Positions 1 through 10,699 are shown, numbered from the stretch's first letter. The stretch is 64,000 bases of DNA from Polyangiaceae bacterium (GCA_033763455.1 JANRKO010000023.1:128001-192000); one strand, 5' to 3'. Numbers and translations are program-made. The notes: generated by a model not told the origin, from the sequence alone.

Positions 1-966
1 AATCAAATCTTCCCGCACTTGTTCACGTCCGCCCCCACCCGCTACGGGGAAATCTACCCCAAGATGTATTGGACGCTCCGCAACGCGGGCTTCCGAGGTC
101 CCGCCATGGGTGCGCTCAGCTCGGTCGACCGCGCCCTGGCCGATATCGGAGCGAAACGAGCAAAAAAGCCGCTCCACCGCTACCTCGGCGCAACGAGAGA
201 TTGGACGCATGCCTATGGCTCTGGCGGCAGCACGGCTCTTACCGAGGACGAATTGATAGAAGAGCTGCTCGGGTTCGCTGAAATGGGATTTACAACTGTC
301 AAGATGAAGGTCGGCACCAACCTGGGCACAGAAATGCAACGCGACATCGCGCGCGTTAAAAACGTCCGAAAACATCTGGGAAAAGGCGTACGGCTCGCTG
401 TCGATGCCAACCAAGCTTGGTCTAGCAAGCTAGCGCTACAGTTCATCAACTCGATCGCCGACTGCGACATCGCCTGGTTTGAAGAACCAGTGCACTCGGC
501 TGATCTGATCGCGATTCGTGAGTTTTGTTCCGCTTCTCCGGTGCCCGCGGCGTTTGGCGAATCCGAACGCTCTTCGAAAGTGTACCCCTCACTCGTAGAA
601 GCTGGCGTGAAACATTTGCAGCCTAATCCCCTTGCCTCCACGAGCATTCAGGAGTGGTTTGAGGTTAGGGATCTAGCGGTGAAACACCAACTGCCGATTT
701 CTCTGCCGGGTCAGCCTCAAGTGGGCTGCGTCCTAGCAGCCGCCGCTCCCGAAACAACCCTCAGCGAAATCCTTTTTCCAGTATTGTGGGGTTTCCCTCA
801 GTATTTTTCCAAGGAGCCAAAGCTAGAAAATGGTCGCTTCCTGTTGCCCAGCGATCCAGGCAACCCGCTTGAGGTGGATTTCGACTACCTCGAAGCGAAA
901 GGGCTCATCCGTGAGGACACGATCACGCGCGAGGAAAACGTGCGAAACCTCAGCAAGAGTCCGTAA
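1..966 (+). CDS. Mandelate racemase/muconate-lactonizing enzyme family enolase (probably a sugar-acid dehydratase), likely 5'-truncated by the window
   Basis: Frame is open from position 1; KxK motif (TVKMKVG), metal ligands in DAN, EEP and GE; N-terminal capping-domain helix (ALSSVDRALAD). Confidence 0.85.
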   Translation, partial: NQIFPHLFTSAPTRYGEIYPKMYWTLRNAGFRGPAMGALSSVDRALADIGAKRAKKPLHRYLGATRDWTHAYGSGGSTALTEDELIEELLGFAEMGFTTVKMKVGTNLGTEMQRDIARVKNVRKHLGKGVRLAVDANQAWSSKLALQFINSIADCDIAWFEEPVHSADLIAIREFCSASPVPAAFGESERSSKVYPSLVEAGVKHLQPNPLASTSIQEWFEVRDLAVKHQLPISLPGQPQVGCVLAAAAPETTLSEILFPVLWGFPQYFSKEPKLENGRFLLPSDPGNPLEVDFDYLEAKGLIREDTITREENVRNLSKSP

Positions 967-983
967 CTTCCAACAATAAAGTT

Positions 984-1030
984 GGGCTCGAAGGCGGCGT
1001 GGTTACCACATCCCTGCCGCCTCCGAGCCC
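984..1030. terminator. Strong GC-rich hairpin between convergent genes (probable intrinsic terminator)
   Basis: GGGCTCG-AAGGCGGC...GCCGCCT-CCGAGCCC inverted repeat; on the minus strand it is followed by AACTTTATTGTT. Confidence 0.6.
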
Positions 1031-1246
1031 GGCCCCTCGTTGCTGCCAATGTTCTCTACTCGCTCCGCGGAGAAACCAGGTCCGCTAGCTAGTTGAAACG
1101 TAGCCCAGGCCAGGTTGCTGGAGCTTTTCGGCGCCGTGTCGTTTGCGATTTTTGGGGGCAGCCAGGCCAACTGGCGAACGGCTAGAGGCGAGCACCCCCG
1201 CAGCTCGCAGCTCTCGCAACTGTGATCCCGTGGTGAAGCGTTCAGA

Positions 1247-2671
1247 CTATTCGGCGGCGTTCTTCTCTACCAAACCCCGCAATTCGGTGAGCAACCCATC
1301 GATCACCTTCTTGGCGTCACCAAACAGCATTCGTGTATTTTCCTTGAAAAATAGCGGATTTTGCACGCCCGCGTAGCCGCTCGCCATGCTTCGCTTCATC
1401 ACGATGCTGGTCTTCGCCTTCCAAACTTCCAAGACGGGCATGCCGTAAATGGGGCTCGAAGCATCGTCCAACGCGCCCGGGTTCACGATGTCGTTAGCGC
1501 CAATCACCAAAACAACATCGGTGTGAGGAAAATCTTCGTTGATTTCCTCCATCTCCAACACAATGTCGTAAGGAACTCCGGCTTCAGCCAAAAGCACGTT
1601 CATGTGTCCGGGTAAGCGCCCAGCCACCGGGTGGATGGCAAAACGCACGTTGGTGCCCCGCTGGCGCAGCAAACTTGCCACTTCGTAGAGAGGGTGCTGA
1701 GCCCGAGCCACAGCCATGCCGTAACCCGGAACGATGACCACGCTCTTAGCTTCGAGCAGAAGCTCCGCCGTTTGAGGAACCTCGATGGCCGTTGTCTCCC
1801 CCTCCGGCTCGTCCCCCTTCTTGGCCGGTGCCGCACCCTCATCCGCACCAAATCCACCAAAAATCACACTCCAAATCGAGCGATTCATGGCTTTACACAT
1901 GATGTAGCTGAGGATCGCACCGCTTGAGCCCACGAGCGCACCCGTGATGATCAAAAGATCATTGCTGAGCATGAAGCCCGCTGCCGCTGCCGCCCAACCC
2001 GAATAACTGTTGAGCATGGAGACCACCACGGGCATGTCTGCGCCGCCGATACCCATCACCAAGTGGATACCCAAAACGCACGCAATACCCGTCATGGCGA
2101 GCAACGGCATCAACGCCGCGTGGTCCGCCACACCGACAAATTGAGACCCGAAGTAGACGCTCACAGCGAGCATCCCAAGGTTCAAATAGTGGCGCCCCGG
2201 CAGGAGCAGCGGCTTGCTCCGCACAATGCCCTGGAGCTTGCCGAAAGCCACTATGGATCCGGTGAAGGTAACGGCGCCAACAAACACCCCAACAAAGATT
2301 TCCACCTCGTGGATCACCGCTTCCACGCCTTGGAGATGGGAGTTTGGATCCAGATAGCTTGCGAGCCCCACAAGCACCGCCGCAGCGCCCACAAAACTAT
2401 GAAGCACCGCAACAAGCTGGGGCATCGAAGTCATCCCAACCCGAGAGGCCAAGACAGCTCCAATCAGCGCTCCCACAGCCACCGAACCCACCAACGCCTC
2501 GTAGCGTGTCACGAGTGAACCGGCCGCCGTAACACCCACCGCGGTGAGCATTCCAATGATTCCGAGCCAATTTCCTCGCCGTGCGGTGGCCTGGGCGCTG
2601 AGGCCCGCCAAACTCAAGATGAAGAGCACTCCGGCCGCGATGTAACAGACTGTCACTAAACTTTCAGGCAT
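1247..2671 (-). CDS. pntB: NAD(P) transhydrogenase subunit beta
   Basis: Multi-TM N-terminus, [46 protein letters not shown] 2671 fits the GAGGA RBS; 2677 is the alternative start. Confidence 0.97.
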   Translation of the reverse strand: MPESLVTVCYIAAGVLFILSLAGLSAQATARRGNWLGIIGMLTAVGVTAAGSLVTRYEALVGSVAVGALIGAVLASRVGMTSMPQLVAVLHSFVGAAAVLVGLASYLDPNSHLQGVEAVIHEVEIFVGVFVGAVTFTGSIVAFGKLQGIVRSKPLLLPGRHYLNLGMLAVSVYFGSQFVGVADHAALMPLLAMTGIACVLGIHLVMGIGGADMPVVVSMLNSYSGWAAAAAGFMLSNDLLIITGALVGSSGAILSYIMCKAMNRSIWSVIFGGFGADEGAAPAKKGDEPEGETTAIEVPQTAELLLEAKSVVIVPGYGMAVARAQHPLYEVASLLRQRGTNVRFAIHPVAGRLPGHMNVLLAEAGVPYDIVLEMEEINEDFPHTDVVLVIGANDIVNPGALDDASSPIYGMPVLEVWKAKTSIVMKRSMASGYAGVQNPLFFKENTRMLFGDAKKVIDGLLTELRGLVEKNAAE

Positions 2672-2684
2672 CTTCATTCCTCAA

Positions 2685-4235
2685 TCAGCGGCGGAACATC
2701 TTCAACATTCGTTGTGTCACCAAGAAACCACCGGCGATATTGATCGTCGCCAACAGAATTGCGGCGGCACCGAGCAGCGTCACCGGCGAGCTCAAGTCCC
2801 CGGAGACCTGCAGCATACCTCCCACGATAATGATCCCACTGATGGCATTGGTAACACTCATGAGCGGGGTGTGCAGAGCGGGCGTTACGTTCCAAACCAC
2901 TTGCCACCCGACAAACACCGCGAGCACGAATACCGTGAAGTGCGAGAGAAACGCAGGGGGAGCCACCATTCCAAGGCCCACCAGCGCTGCTGCGGCTAGG
3001 GCAATGAAGAGGCCCGAGCGCCTCGAGTGGTCATCCTTCACCGAAGGTGCCTTTGCCGGCGGGAGCACGCTCATTTTCACAGGCGGTGGCGCAGGCTGCT
3101 CCACTTTTGGCGGCGGCCACTTCTTTTCGCCATTCAAGAGCACGAGGGCGCCGCGCACCACCTGATCGTCCTCATCCACGTGCCAGGTGAGGCCACCGCC
3201 CATATCCGAAAGAAGGTGCAGCAGATTGTTACCGTAGAGCTGACTTGCTGTTGGCGCGAGGCGGCTCGGAAGATCCGAATAACCGATGATAGTGACGCCA
3301 TTGTGTTCGATAACGTGCCCCGGCTTGGTGAGGGCGCAGTTGCCGCCCGTTTCAGCGGCAAGATCCACGATCACCGATCCGCGGCGCATTACGTTGACTG
3401 CTTCTTCTTTAACCAAGAGCGGCGCCGGCCTTCCTGGAATGAGGGCCGTGGTAATTATAATGTCGCAATCGGCAGCTTGCTTCTTAATGAGAGCCATTTC
3501 CGCTTCGATGAAAGCGGGGCTCATCTCTTTGGCGTAGCCGCCCACACCTTCGCCGGATTCGTCGAATTTGAGCTCAACGAACTCCGCACCCATGCTCTGC
3601 ACTTGCTCGCGCACCGCAGGGCGGGTGTCAAAAGCACGAACAATCGCGCCCAAGCCGCGCGCTGCGCCAATTGCCGCCAAACCAGCCACACCGGCGCCAA
3701 TTACGAAAACTTTCGCGGGCGGCACCTTGCCCGCCGCCGTCATTTGGCCGGTGAAGAAGCGGCCGTAAAAGCTCGCTGCTTCAATCACTGCTCGATAACC
3801 CGCAATGTTCGCCATGGAGCTTAGCGCGTCCATCTTTTGCGCTCGTGTAATGCGCGGCACTTGGTCCATCGCGAGCACGGTGGCTTTGCGCTGAGCGAGC
3901 AGCTGGATCAATTCTTCGGATTTGGCCGGCCAAATGAAACTAATGAGAGCTTTGCCTTCAGGCAGAAGTTCCGCCTCATGCACCCCAAGCTTGGGATGGT
4001 GCTCGGGAGGGTTCACCTTCAGCACCAGATCCGCTTTTTGCCAAAGCTCGCGAGTGCCTTCCACAACAGCGGCGCCCACTTGTTCGTACAATGGGTTATC
4101 GAAAGCGGCGCCGTCCCCGGCCCCGGACTCCACGAACACCTCGAACCCAAGCTTCTTTAACTTGACGACTGTTTCGGGCGTGACGGCCACGCGTCGCTCG
4201 CCAGGTCGGATCTCCTTAGGAACTGCTATTTTCAT
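2685..4235 (-). CDS. pntA: NAD(P) transhydrogenase subunit alpha (dI plus membrane part fused)
   Basis: [62 protein letters not shown]. Confidence 0.97.
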   Translation of the reverse strand: MKIAVPKEIRPGERRVAVTPETVVKLKKLGFEVFVESGAGDGAAFDNPLYEQVGAAVVEGTRELWQKADLVLKVNPPEHHPKLGVHEAELLPEGKALISFIWPAKSEELIQLLAQRKATVLAMDQVPRITRAQKMDALSSMANIAGYRAVIEAASFYGRFFTGQMTAAGKVPPAKVFVIGAGVAGLAAIGAARGLGAIVRAFDTRPAVREQVQSMGAEFVELKFDESGEGVGGYAKEMSPAFIEAEMALIKKQAADCDIIITTALIPGRPAPLLVKEEAVNVMRRGSVIVDLAAETGGNCALTKPGHVIEHNGVTIIGYSDLPSRLAPTASQLYGNNLLHLLSDMGGGLTWHVDEDDQVVRGALVLLNGEKKWPPPKVEQPAPPPVKMSVLPPAKAPSVKDDHSRRSGLFIALAAAALVGLGMVAPPAFLSHFTVFVLAVFVGWQVVWNVTPALHTPLMSVTNAISGIIIVGGMLQVSGDLSSPVTLLGAAAILLATINIAGGFLVTQRMLKMFRR

Positions 4236-4483
4236 CGCACTCTCGACTGGGCTGACCGCCGCTACAACGGCCGGAAAAAAAGCTCTCCAACCAATACCCT
4301 AAATTCGGGGCGAATGGACGGGGCGGGGGGCGCATAAGCACGCAGAGGCCCATAAAGTGGCTGCCCGGACGATCAGGCGAGGCGCGGGCGGGAGCGCTCC
4401 GGATGGTCGGGTTGTTGGAGCAGGATGGGCTTTGAGGACCCGTGCGTGACTGCCCCCGCGGTACGCTAGCGAGCCCCTCAGCA

Positions 4484-4894
4484 CTAACGAATCGGGACAA
4501 CCGTCACATTTCGAGCGAACGTCGAGAGCAGAAGCAGGTCGTCCGCATCTCCCGTAGCCACGAGATCACCGCGCCTTGCAGCTGAAGCTATTACTATTGC
4601 GTCCACCGCGTTCGAACCGCCGCTATCCGCTAGCAGGAGCCCTGCAGCTTGCGCGAGCTCGGGGCTTAGCCCTTCGAGAAGCGCGCTATCGAGGAGCGCT
4701 CGGTGTGAGCCGCGCCACCACTCAGCGATCACAGCTGCCGGAATGGTGATGGTTGCTCGCGACAGCCTACAGGCCTTGAGCAAAGCAAGGGCACCCGCGT
4801 GCCGGCGTTCGAGCGCAATCAACACGCCGGTGTCGAACGTCACTCCCCTAGTTGCTCGGCGGATAACCAAACGGCGTGTGGTCTTGCGAGTCAC
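4484..4894 (-). CDS. PIN-domain (VapC-like) toxin
   Basis: FDTGVLIA, PAAVIAE, VDAIVIASA and ATGDADD acidic PIN motifs; GTG start overlaps the antitoxin TGA. Confidence 0.85.
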   Translation of the reverse strand: MTRKTTRRLVIRRATRGVTFDTGVLIALERRHAGALALLKACRLSRATITIPAAVIAEWWRGSHRALLDSALLEGLSPELAQAAGLLLADSGGSNAVDAIVIASAARRGDLVATGDADDLLLLSTFARNVTVVPIR

Positions 4895-5115
4895 AGGGCG
4901 CCAAGCTTTTTGAGCCAGCGATCGACCTCGCGGTCCGGAATTTCCACTCCATTCCCCAACGCTTCCAACGCTCGATCACGCGCTTCTTGACGAGCGGCGT
5001 CAGCGACCACCTCGCTCAGCACGGCGGAGGCGCTCCGTTTAACCCGCTTCGCCCTGGCGTCGATGTACCGAGCTGCGTCCGAATCGAGGGAAAAGCTGCG
5101 CTTCTGCACGGGCAT
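4891..5115 (-). CDS. Ribbon-helix-helix-type antitoxin
   Basis: 74-aa ORF MPVQKRSFSLD...SASAVLSE (beta strand plus two helices), GGAGGT RBS, directly upstream of the PIN gene. Confidence 0.8.
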   Translation of the reverse strand: MPVQKRSFSLDSDAARYIDARAKRVKRSASAVLSEVVADAARQEARDRALEALGNGVEIPDREVDRWLKKLGAL

Positions 5116-5127
5116 GGTCGTACCTCC

Positions 5128-5158
5128 AGGTAAGAAGTATTCATACCATAAGGTAAGA
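5128..5158. promoter_or_regulatory. Putative TA operator
   Basis: AGGTAAGA direct repeats at 5128 and 5151 flank a GTAT-TC-ATAC palindrome (5137-5146) just upstream of the antitoxin. Confidence 0.45.
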
Positions 5159-5196
5159 TTCCACGCAACAGCCCCCACCCATCTAATCCCATTCCC

Positions 5197-6186
5197 TCAA
5201 GGCACCGGGCAAACCCCAAAACCAACGATATCCGTCCCGGCTCCGTTCGCGGCGCATTCGCTAAAGTAGGTCATCCCATCGCAGCCGCAAACGCCGGCCG
5301 GTATTGCGATCGCGGCCGGCACAGCGGGCCCACCCAGAGCGCACACTTGAGGCCGCTTCTTGCAGGTCCCCGCGGCGTCCGGCGTGGTGCACGGTGTATT
5401 CACATCAAAATCACAGTATTCATCGGCAAGGCACGCAGCTCCTGCAATGCCACCACAGATTCTTGTCGGGCATCCGATCTCGGTGCACGAAGCCACGCCG
5501 CCCACACACGAACAGGTGTTGCAGCCATCCGGCGCGGGAATGTTGGTAGTACCATCGGCATAGACGTTATTCCCGATCGTGCACGAGCCCGGAGCTCGGC
5601 ACTCGCCTTTGGCACTAAAGCCCACACCCGCGGCGGCTGCGGCGCAAGCGCTGGGATACGTTTTGCCGTCGCACGCGCACACCGGGTCAAAGATGTCCGG
5701 GCACACCTGAGGGCGTTTGGCGCACGTTGAAGAGGCGTCAGCAGCACCACACAGACCGGTCCCCGCGTAAGCGCAATATTCATCGGGAGCGCAGGTGGAA
5801 CCGGCGAAACCCCCGCACACGACACTGACGCAGGCCGCCAAGGTGCACACGACAGAGCCGTTGGCGCAACTGCAGGTATTGCAGCCGTCAGGAGCTGGAA
5901 AGCTTGAGCCGCTCGGGTATTCAATATTTCCTACGACGCAATTCTTTTGGCCGGGAGTACCCCCGGTTGCCACGTGCCCACCCGTACTCCCAGCACCGCC
6001 AAGGCTCGAGCTACCCCCAGACTTCGCACCACCCAGCGACCCTGAACCCCCCACGGCTGCCACGCCGCCCGAGCCCCCCGACCCTTGCCCGGATGCCGCA
6101 TCGAAGGACCCTCCGCAGGCCAAAAGGCCGCCAAGGGAAACGGCTGAAACTACTAGGGATATGGGCTGACGTGTGGGGCGGCGCAT
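5197..6186 (-). CDS. Cys-rich lipoprotein with alternating pacifastin/VWC-like and Kazal-type protease-inhibitor modules
   Basis: Lipobox LLAC, Gly/Ser linker, 2x APDGCNTCSC..G...CT, 2x Kazal-like (CPDIFDPVCACDGKTYPSAC; VCGCDGMTYFSEC). Confidence 0.8.
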   Translation of the reverse strand: MRRPTRQPISLVVSAVSLGGLLACGGSFDAASGQGSGGSGGVAAVGGSGSLGGAKSGGSSSLGGAGSTGGHVATGGTPGQKNCVVGNIEYPSGSSFPAPDGCNTCSCANGSVVCTLAACVSVVCGGFAGSTCAPDEYCAYAGTGLCGAADASSTCAKRPQVCPDIFDPVCACDGKTYPSACAAAAAGVGFSAKGECRAPGSCTIGNNVYADGTTNIPAPDGCNTCSCVGGVASCTEIGCPTRICGGIAGAACLADEYCDFDVNTPCTTPDAAGTCKKRPQVCALGGPAVPAAIAIPAGVCGCDGMTYFSECAANGAGTDIVGFGVCPVP

Positions 6187-6198
6187 AGAGCCCGTAAT

Positions 6199-6214
6199 AG
6201 CAAGGTTGGTGCCG
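6199..6214 (-). promoter_or_regulatory. Sigma54 -24/-12 promoter for the Kazal lipoprotein
   Basis: Minus strand CGGCACCAACCTTGCT (GG-N10-GC), close to consensus; it implies a nearly leaderless mRNA. Confidence 0.6.
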
Positions 6215-6488
6215 AAACGGCGAGCCCCCTGCGCTAAGGGCGGCCAGTAGGGCTTCGAGCCGGCAACCTAGGGTTTTCACTCGAAAATACCAACGCCGCT
6301 TCAGAACCCATTAGAGCCCACACGCCGTGTGTCTTTCGATTCGAAGTGTGCCGCCTCACCCCCACCTGGCACAAACTAGGGCACGCCGATCCGCCTCGTG
6401 TGTGTCTTCTCGCTCATGGTCGAGAGCACCGGGCCGCCTCCACTCATGGCTCGACGCGCGTACGTCCGCTATTAAGGGGGCCCCACGG

Positions 6489-8894
6489 ATGAGGACTGCG
6501 CCTGCACTGGTACTGGTCGGGCTTCTCGCCGCAGCCGCAACTCCAGGCAACGCCCGAGCAGAGGATGAAACCAACCGAGAGGAGGCCAGCACCGTACCTC
6601 CCAAGCCGCACGTGGAACTCCCAAAGCTTCTAACGGAAGCGGTGGTTCCGTATCCCGAGGGCGGCCGAGGCGACTCGATAGTGATCTTGGCGCTTACGCT
6701 CGATCCCAGTGGGAAAGTGCTGGAAGCTGAAGCTGAAACTGGCGAGGAACCTTTCCGCTCTGCAGCAATTAACGCGGCTCGCACTTTCCAGTTCTCTCCA
6801 GCAACCCGCGGGCACGTTGCCGTTTCTTCAAAGATACGTTTTGAAGTTCTTTTCCGAGAACCCGAAGCCGCGAGTGAGGAGGTCAACGCGCCGTCCGTGA
6901 AAACGGTCGAGGTCCCCACGCCGTCTTCCCCCGAACCGCCCACTCAAGCGCTCGAAGTGGACGTACTTGGCGCGCGCACTGAGCCCACCGTTAGGCGTTT
7001 TTCCCGTGCGGAGGTGCGAGAGCTTCCCGGAGCCTTTGGCGACCCATTTCGCGCGATTGAGGCGCTTCCAGGCGTTACTCCGATATTTTCCGGGGTTCCT
7101 TTCTTTTATGTGCGTGGGGCACCTCCGGGTAACGTCGGATATTTCCTAGACGGCATCCAGGTGCCCCTCTTGTATCACGCAGGCCTCGGCCCTTCGGTTA
7201 TCCACCCGGGGTTGGTGGAAAGCGTTGACCTTTATCCGGGGGCTTACCCGAGCCGCTACGGCCGCTTTGGGGGTGGCATCGTCGCCGGAGAAACGAAAGC
7301 ACCGGAACCTGAGTGGAGAGGTGAAGGCAACATTCGGCTGTTCGATACGGGAGCCCTCGTGGAAGGGCCGTTTGCTAACGGCTATGGCAACGTGCTCGTG
7401 GCCGGCCGCTACTCCTACACAGCCGCGCTGCTTTCGCTGCTAGCCCCCAACACGCGCCTTGAATATTGGGACTACCAGGGGCGCGTGAGTTACGATCTCA
7501 GCAAACGGCGGCGGCTGACGGTATTTACGTTCGGTTCGTTTGATTATTTCGGCCAAGACGGCACCAGCGACGACAGCTTTTTCAGCACGGAATTTCACCG
7601 TGTAGATCTGCGTTACGACGAAAAACCCTCCAAAGCGAGCGAACTGCGCACAGCTGTGACACTCGGGGTTGACCGAACGCGCGGAGGCGACGGTGACGAC
7701 TACGTGATCGATCAGAAGTTCGGAATTCGCAGCGAATACAAGAACCAGCTTTCCAAAAGCGCGCTTTTACGCGCCGGGGTCGACAGCACGCTGGACCATT
7801 ACAGGGTAGAGGTGGCGCAAAGCTCCATGGATTCGGATGGGGCGGCTCCAAGCGAGGGACCGTCCAGGCCGGCGCCCAACCTAAGCGAGCCCGGGACCGC
7901 ACCAGATCCAGTGCAAAGCCCGCTCAATCCCAATCCACCGACATCGAACCCCACCGACGCGGTTCCCACTACTGACAGCAACGAAGATACAAGAGTCAAC
8001 TTTCCGAGTCGAAGCGATGTTGCCATGGGAGTGCACGCAGATGTCGTGTGGAAGGTTGCCCCGCGGGTAACGCTCACTCCTGGCGCGCGCCTCGATTACT
8101 ACAGCTCCGATGGCGCCTCAGCCGTCGCGCTTGAGCCACGAGTGACCGCGCAATATCAGATCAGCCGGGCCCTTAGCCTCACGAACGCGCTCGGCCTGGC
8201 TCACCAGCCGCCCAGCTTTGTGATCCCGCTTCCGGGCTTCCAGTTGGGCGGCCTGCGAGGTGGGCTCCAACGAAGTGTCCAAAGTAGCTTCGGCGGGGAG
8301 TTGGAACTTGGTGATGACCAACAGTTAAGCGTCACTACGTTTCACAACGTATTTTTCAACATGACAGATATTCTAAGCCTGGTGCGCGCAGGCGACCGCT
8401 TAGATCTGGGTTTTGATACCAAAACCACGGGCCAAGCCTACGGCGTCGAAGTTCTCTTCAAACGCGATCTTTCTCGTCATTTAGGCGGATTTGTGAGTTA
8501 CACACTCTCACGCTCCATTCGCTATACGGACATCGGCCGCTTGCCAGCTTCATTCGATCGCACGCACGTCTTCAATGGCGCCCTCGCCTACGATATCGGC
8601 CGCAACTGGCGTGGCGGTGGCAAGCTAACCTTTTACACGGGCTCACCCGGAACCGGCGAATTTACCTTTGAAAAACCGCAGCGTTTGCCGCCCTACTATC
8701 GCCTCGACGTACGTTTGGAAAAACGCTGGCAACTCGATCGCCCCAAGAGCTCGATTTCGTTTGTGCTTGAGGTTTTGAACACGACGTTGAACAGAGAGGC
8801 CATTGATCAATCGTGCGACCCCTTGAATGGGTGCCGTACCGAATACGTGGGGCCGGTGACCATCCCGAGCATTGGTGTAGAAGGCACCTTCTAG
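6489..8894 (+). CDS. TonB C-terminal domain fused to a TonB-dependent receptor (plug + barrel)
   Basis: Signal peptide, TonB_C (YPEG..VILALTLD..G.V...FSPA), plug (PGAFGDPFRAIEALPGV, YVRG), terminal IPSIGVEGTF. Confidence 0.85.
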   Translation: MRTAPALVLVGLLAAAATPGNARAEDETNREEASTVPPKPHVELPKLLTEAVVPYPEGGRGDSIVILALTLDPSGKVLEAEAETGEEPFRSAAINAARTFQFSPATRGHVAVSSKIRFEVLFREPEAASEEVNAPSVKTVEVPTPSSPEPPTQALEVDVLGARTEPTVRRFSRAEVRELPGAFGDPFRAIEALPGVTPIFSGVPFFYVRGAPPGNVGYFLDGIQVPLLYHAGLGPSVIHPGLVESVDLYPGAYPSRYGRFGGGIVAGETKAPEPEWRGEGNIRLFDTGALVEGPFANGYGNVLVAGRYSYTAALLSLLAPNTRLEYWDYQGRVSYDLSKRRRLTVFTFGSFDYFGQDGTSDDSFFSTEFHRVDLRYDEKPSKASELRTAVTLGVDRTRGGDGDDYVIDQKFGIRSEYKNQLSKSALLRAGVDSTLDHYRVEVAQSSMDSDGAAPSEGPSRPAPNLSEPGTAPDPVQSPLNPNPPTSNPTDAVPTTDSNEDTRVNFPSRSDVAMGVHADVVWKVAPRVTLTPGARLDYYSSDGASAVALEPRVTAQYQISRALSLTNALGLAHQPPSFVIPLPGFQLGGLRGGLQRSVQSSFGGELELGDDQQLSVTTFHNVFFNMTDILSLVRAGDRLDLGFDTKTTGQAYGVEVLFKRDLSRHLGGFVSYTLSRSIRYTDIGRLPASFDRTHVFNGALAYDIGRNWRGGGKLTFYTGSPGTGEFTFEKPQRLPPYYRLDVRLEKRWQLDRPKSSISFVLEVLNTTLNREAIDQSCDPLNGCRTEYVGPVTIPSIGVEGTF

Positions 8895-8969
8895 GGGCGG
8901 AGCTACCAAGTACCCACGGCTGGAGGTCTCTTTCGTGAGAGGATCCCCCCGGCAGCCCCCGCCTCAAAT

Positions 8970-10505
8970 TCACATCACTGCGCCAATTTGCCAAGGCACG
9001 AACTCTTGATCCCCGATCCCCAAGAGCTCGCTCTTGGACTTTTCTCCCGATGCCACGCGCAAAATAAGCTCAAATATTTCTTGGCCCTTCGACGCAATGG
9101 TAGCGCCGCCATCGATAATGTCCCCGCAATTGACGTCCATGTCTTCGCGCATACGCTCGAAGAGACCCGTACTGGTAGCAAGCTTGATGCTGGGCGTGGG
9201 CTTGCAGCCGAATACGGAGCCACGCCCCGTGGTGAAGCAAAGGATATTGGCTCCGCTTGCAACTTGGCCTGTTGCCGAACACGGATCGTACCCAGGGGAA
9301 TCCATGAAAACGAAGCCCTTCTGGGTGATTGGCTCCGCATACTCGTAAACGTCCACAAGCGGCGAGGTACCGCATTTAGCGACCGCCCCGAGCGACTTCT
9401 CTAAGATGGTGGTGAGGCCCCCGGCCTTGTTCCCCGGTGAGGGATTATTGTTCATCTCGGCCCCGTGCTTCTTCGTGTAGCTCTCCCACCAAGCTAGGCG
9501 CGCCATCAGTTTCTCGGCCACTTTGGATGTCACCGCGCGGCGAATCAGAAGATGCTCCGCACCGTAAATTTCGGGCGTTTCGCTCAAAATCGCCGTGCCG
9601 CCTTGAGCCACCAATAGATCCACCGCGCGCCCAAGTGCAGGATTTGCAGTAATGCCCGAATAGCCATCCGAGCCGCCGCACTGCAAAGCCAACATCAAGT
9701 GCGAGGCGCTCACAGATTCTCGGCGCGTCTGATTGGCAACTGGTAGCATTTTTTCGATCAGTTGCACCCCGCGTTCAATGGCCTTAAGGGTGCCACCCGC
9801 GTCTTGAATACTGAGCGTTTGCAGTAAATCCCCCGCAATCAGCCCCTGGTGTTCACATAGATCTTTGGGTTGATTCACCTCACAGCCTAGGCCCGCAATC
9901 AAAGCACCGGTGAAGTTGGGATGGCGCGCAAACCCGGCCAAAGTGCGCTGTAGGAGTTCGTAGCCCTCCCCGCTGCCGGCCATGCCGCAGCCCTGGCCGT
10001 GCACGGTTGCCATAACGCCATCTACATTAGGGAAATCAGACAAACCGCGCGTCCGAAAGCGCTCCACAATCCCGGTGGCAACGGCAGCCGAACAATTCAC
10101 GCTGGTTAGCACCGCAAGATAATTACGGGTGGCAACCCTGCCATTGGGCCGCACGATCCCTTGGAAATACGCAGGTGCTGGTGGCTGCACCGAACCAGCT
10201 TTCCCCGATTCCTCTGTGCGTGTGAAATCGAGAGCCAGCGCTCCCATCTCGCAATTGTGGGTGTGCACGTGTTCGCCGGCTGTTATCGGACGGCTCGCAA
10301 AGCCGATAACCTGTCCGTATTTCCTAACGGGAGCACCCAGCGCGATAGCAGCGAGCGCTAACTTGTGGCCTGTAGCGATATCGGCGAGCGCCGTAACGCC
10401 GACCCCAACAACGGTGCCCCGCCCAATGGCGCGGGTGGCGACACCCACGTTATCCGAAGGGTCGAGTTTCAGAACGGATGGTGTTTTCTGGAGATTGGCC
10501 AACAT
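8970..10505 (-). CDS. uxaA: Altronate/galactarate dehydratase family (SAF + GD_AH domains)
   Basis: DNVGVA, GHKLAL, KYGQVIG, HVHTHN, QCGGSDGYSGITANPALG, NNPSPGNKAGGLTTILEKSLG, FTTGRG. Confidence 0.9.
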   Translation of the reverse strand: MLANLQKTPSVLKLDPSDNVGVATRAIGRGTVVGVGVTALADIATGHKLALAAIALGAPVRKYGQVIGFASRPITAGEHVHTHNCEMGALALDFTRTEESGKAGSVQPPAPAYFQGIVRPNGRVATRNYLAVLTSVNCSAAVATGIVERFRTRGLSDFPNVDGVMATVHGQGCGMAGSGEGYELLQRTLAGFARHPNFTGALIAGLGCEVNQPKDLCEHQGLIAGDLLQTLSIQDAGGTLKAIERGVQLIEKMLPVANQTRRESVSASHLMLALQCGGSDGYSGITANPALGRAVDLLVAQGGTAILSETPEIYGAEHLLIRRAVTSKVAEKLMARLAWWESYTKKHGAEMNNNPSPGNKAGGLTTILEKSLGAVAKCGTSPLVDVYEYAEPITQKGFVFMDSPGYDPCSATGQVASGANILCFTTGRGSVFGCKPTPSIKLATSTGLFERMREDMDVNCGDIIDGGATIASKGQEIFELILRVASGEKSKSELLGIGDQEFVPWQIGAVM

Positions 10506-10699
10506 GCGCTTAGGCTCGAAAGCCTAGCTCAAAGCCGAGCTTTTGGTCGCCGGCCTTTCTCGAGAGAAGGTCTCACCTACCAGAGCCGCGGCATTTTGCG
10601 GGGTGCCGGAAGGCGCCGTGCCTCTGCTGTGGGTTGCCGCAAGCCGCGGCCCACGAAAAAAAGCCTACCTCACGCCGTGATTTCCGAGACGGCCAGTGC

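Noticed and set aside
3027..3824. Long antisense ORFs (for example 3027-3824, 45581-46366, 57194-58006)
   Set aside because: These are shadow frames of well-supported genes, as expected in GC-rich DNA.
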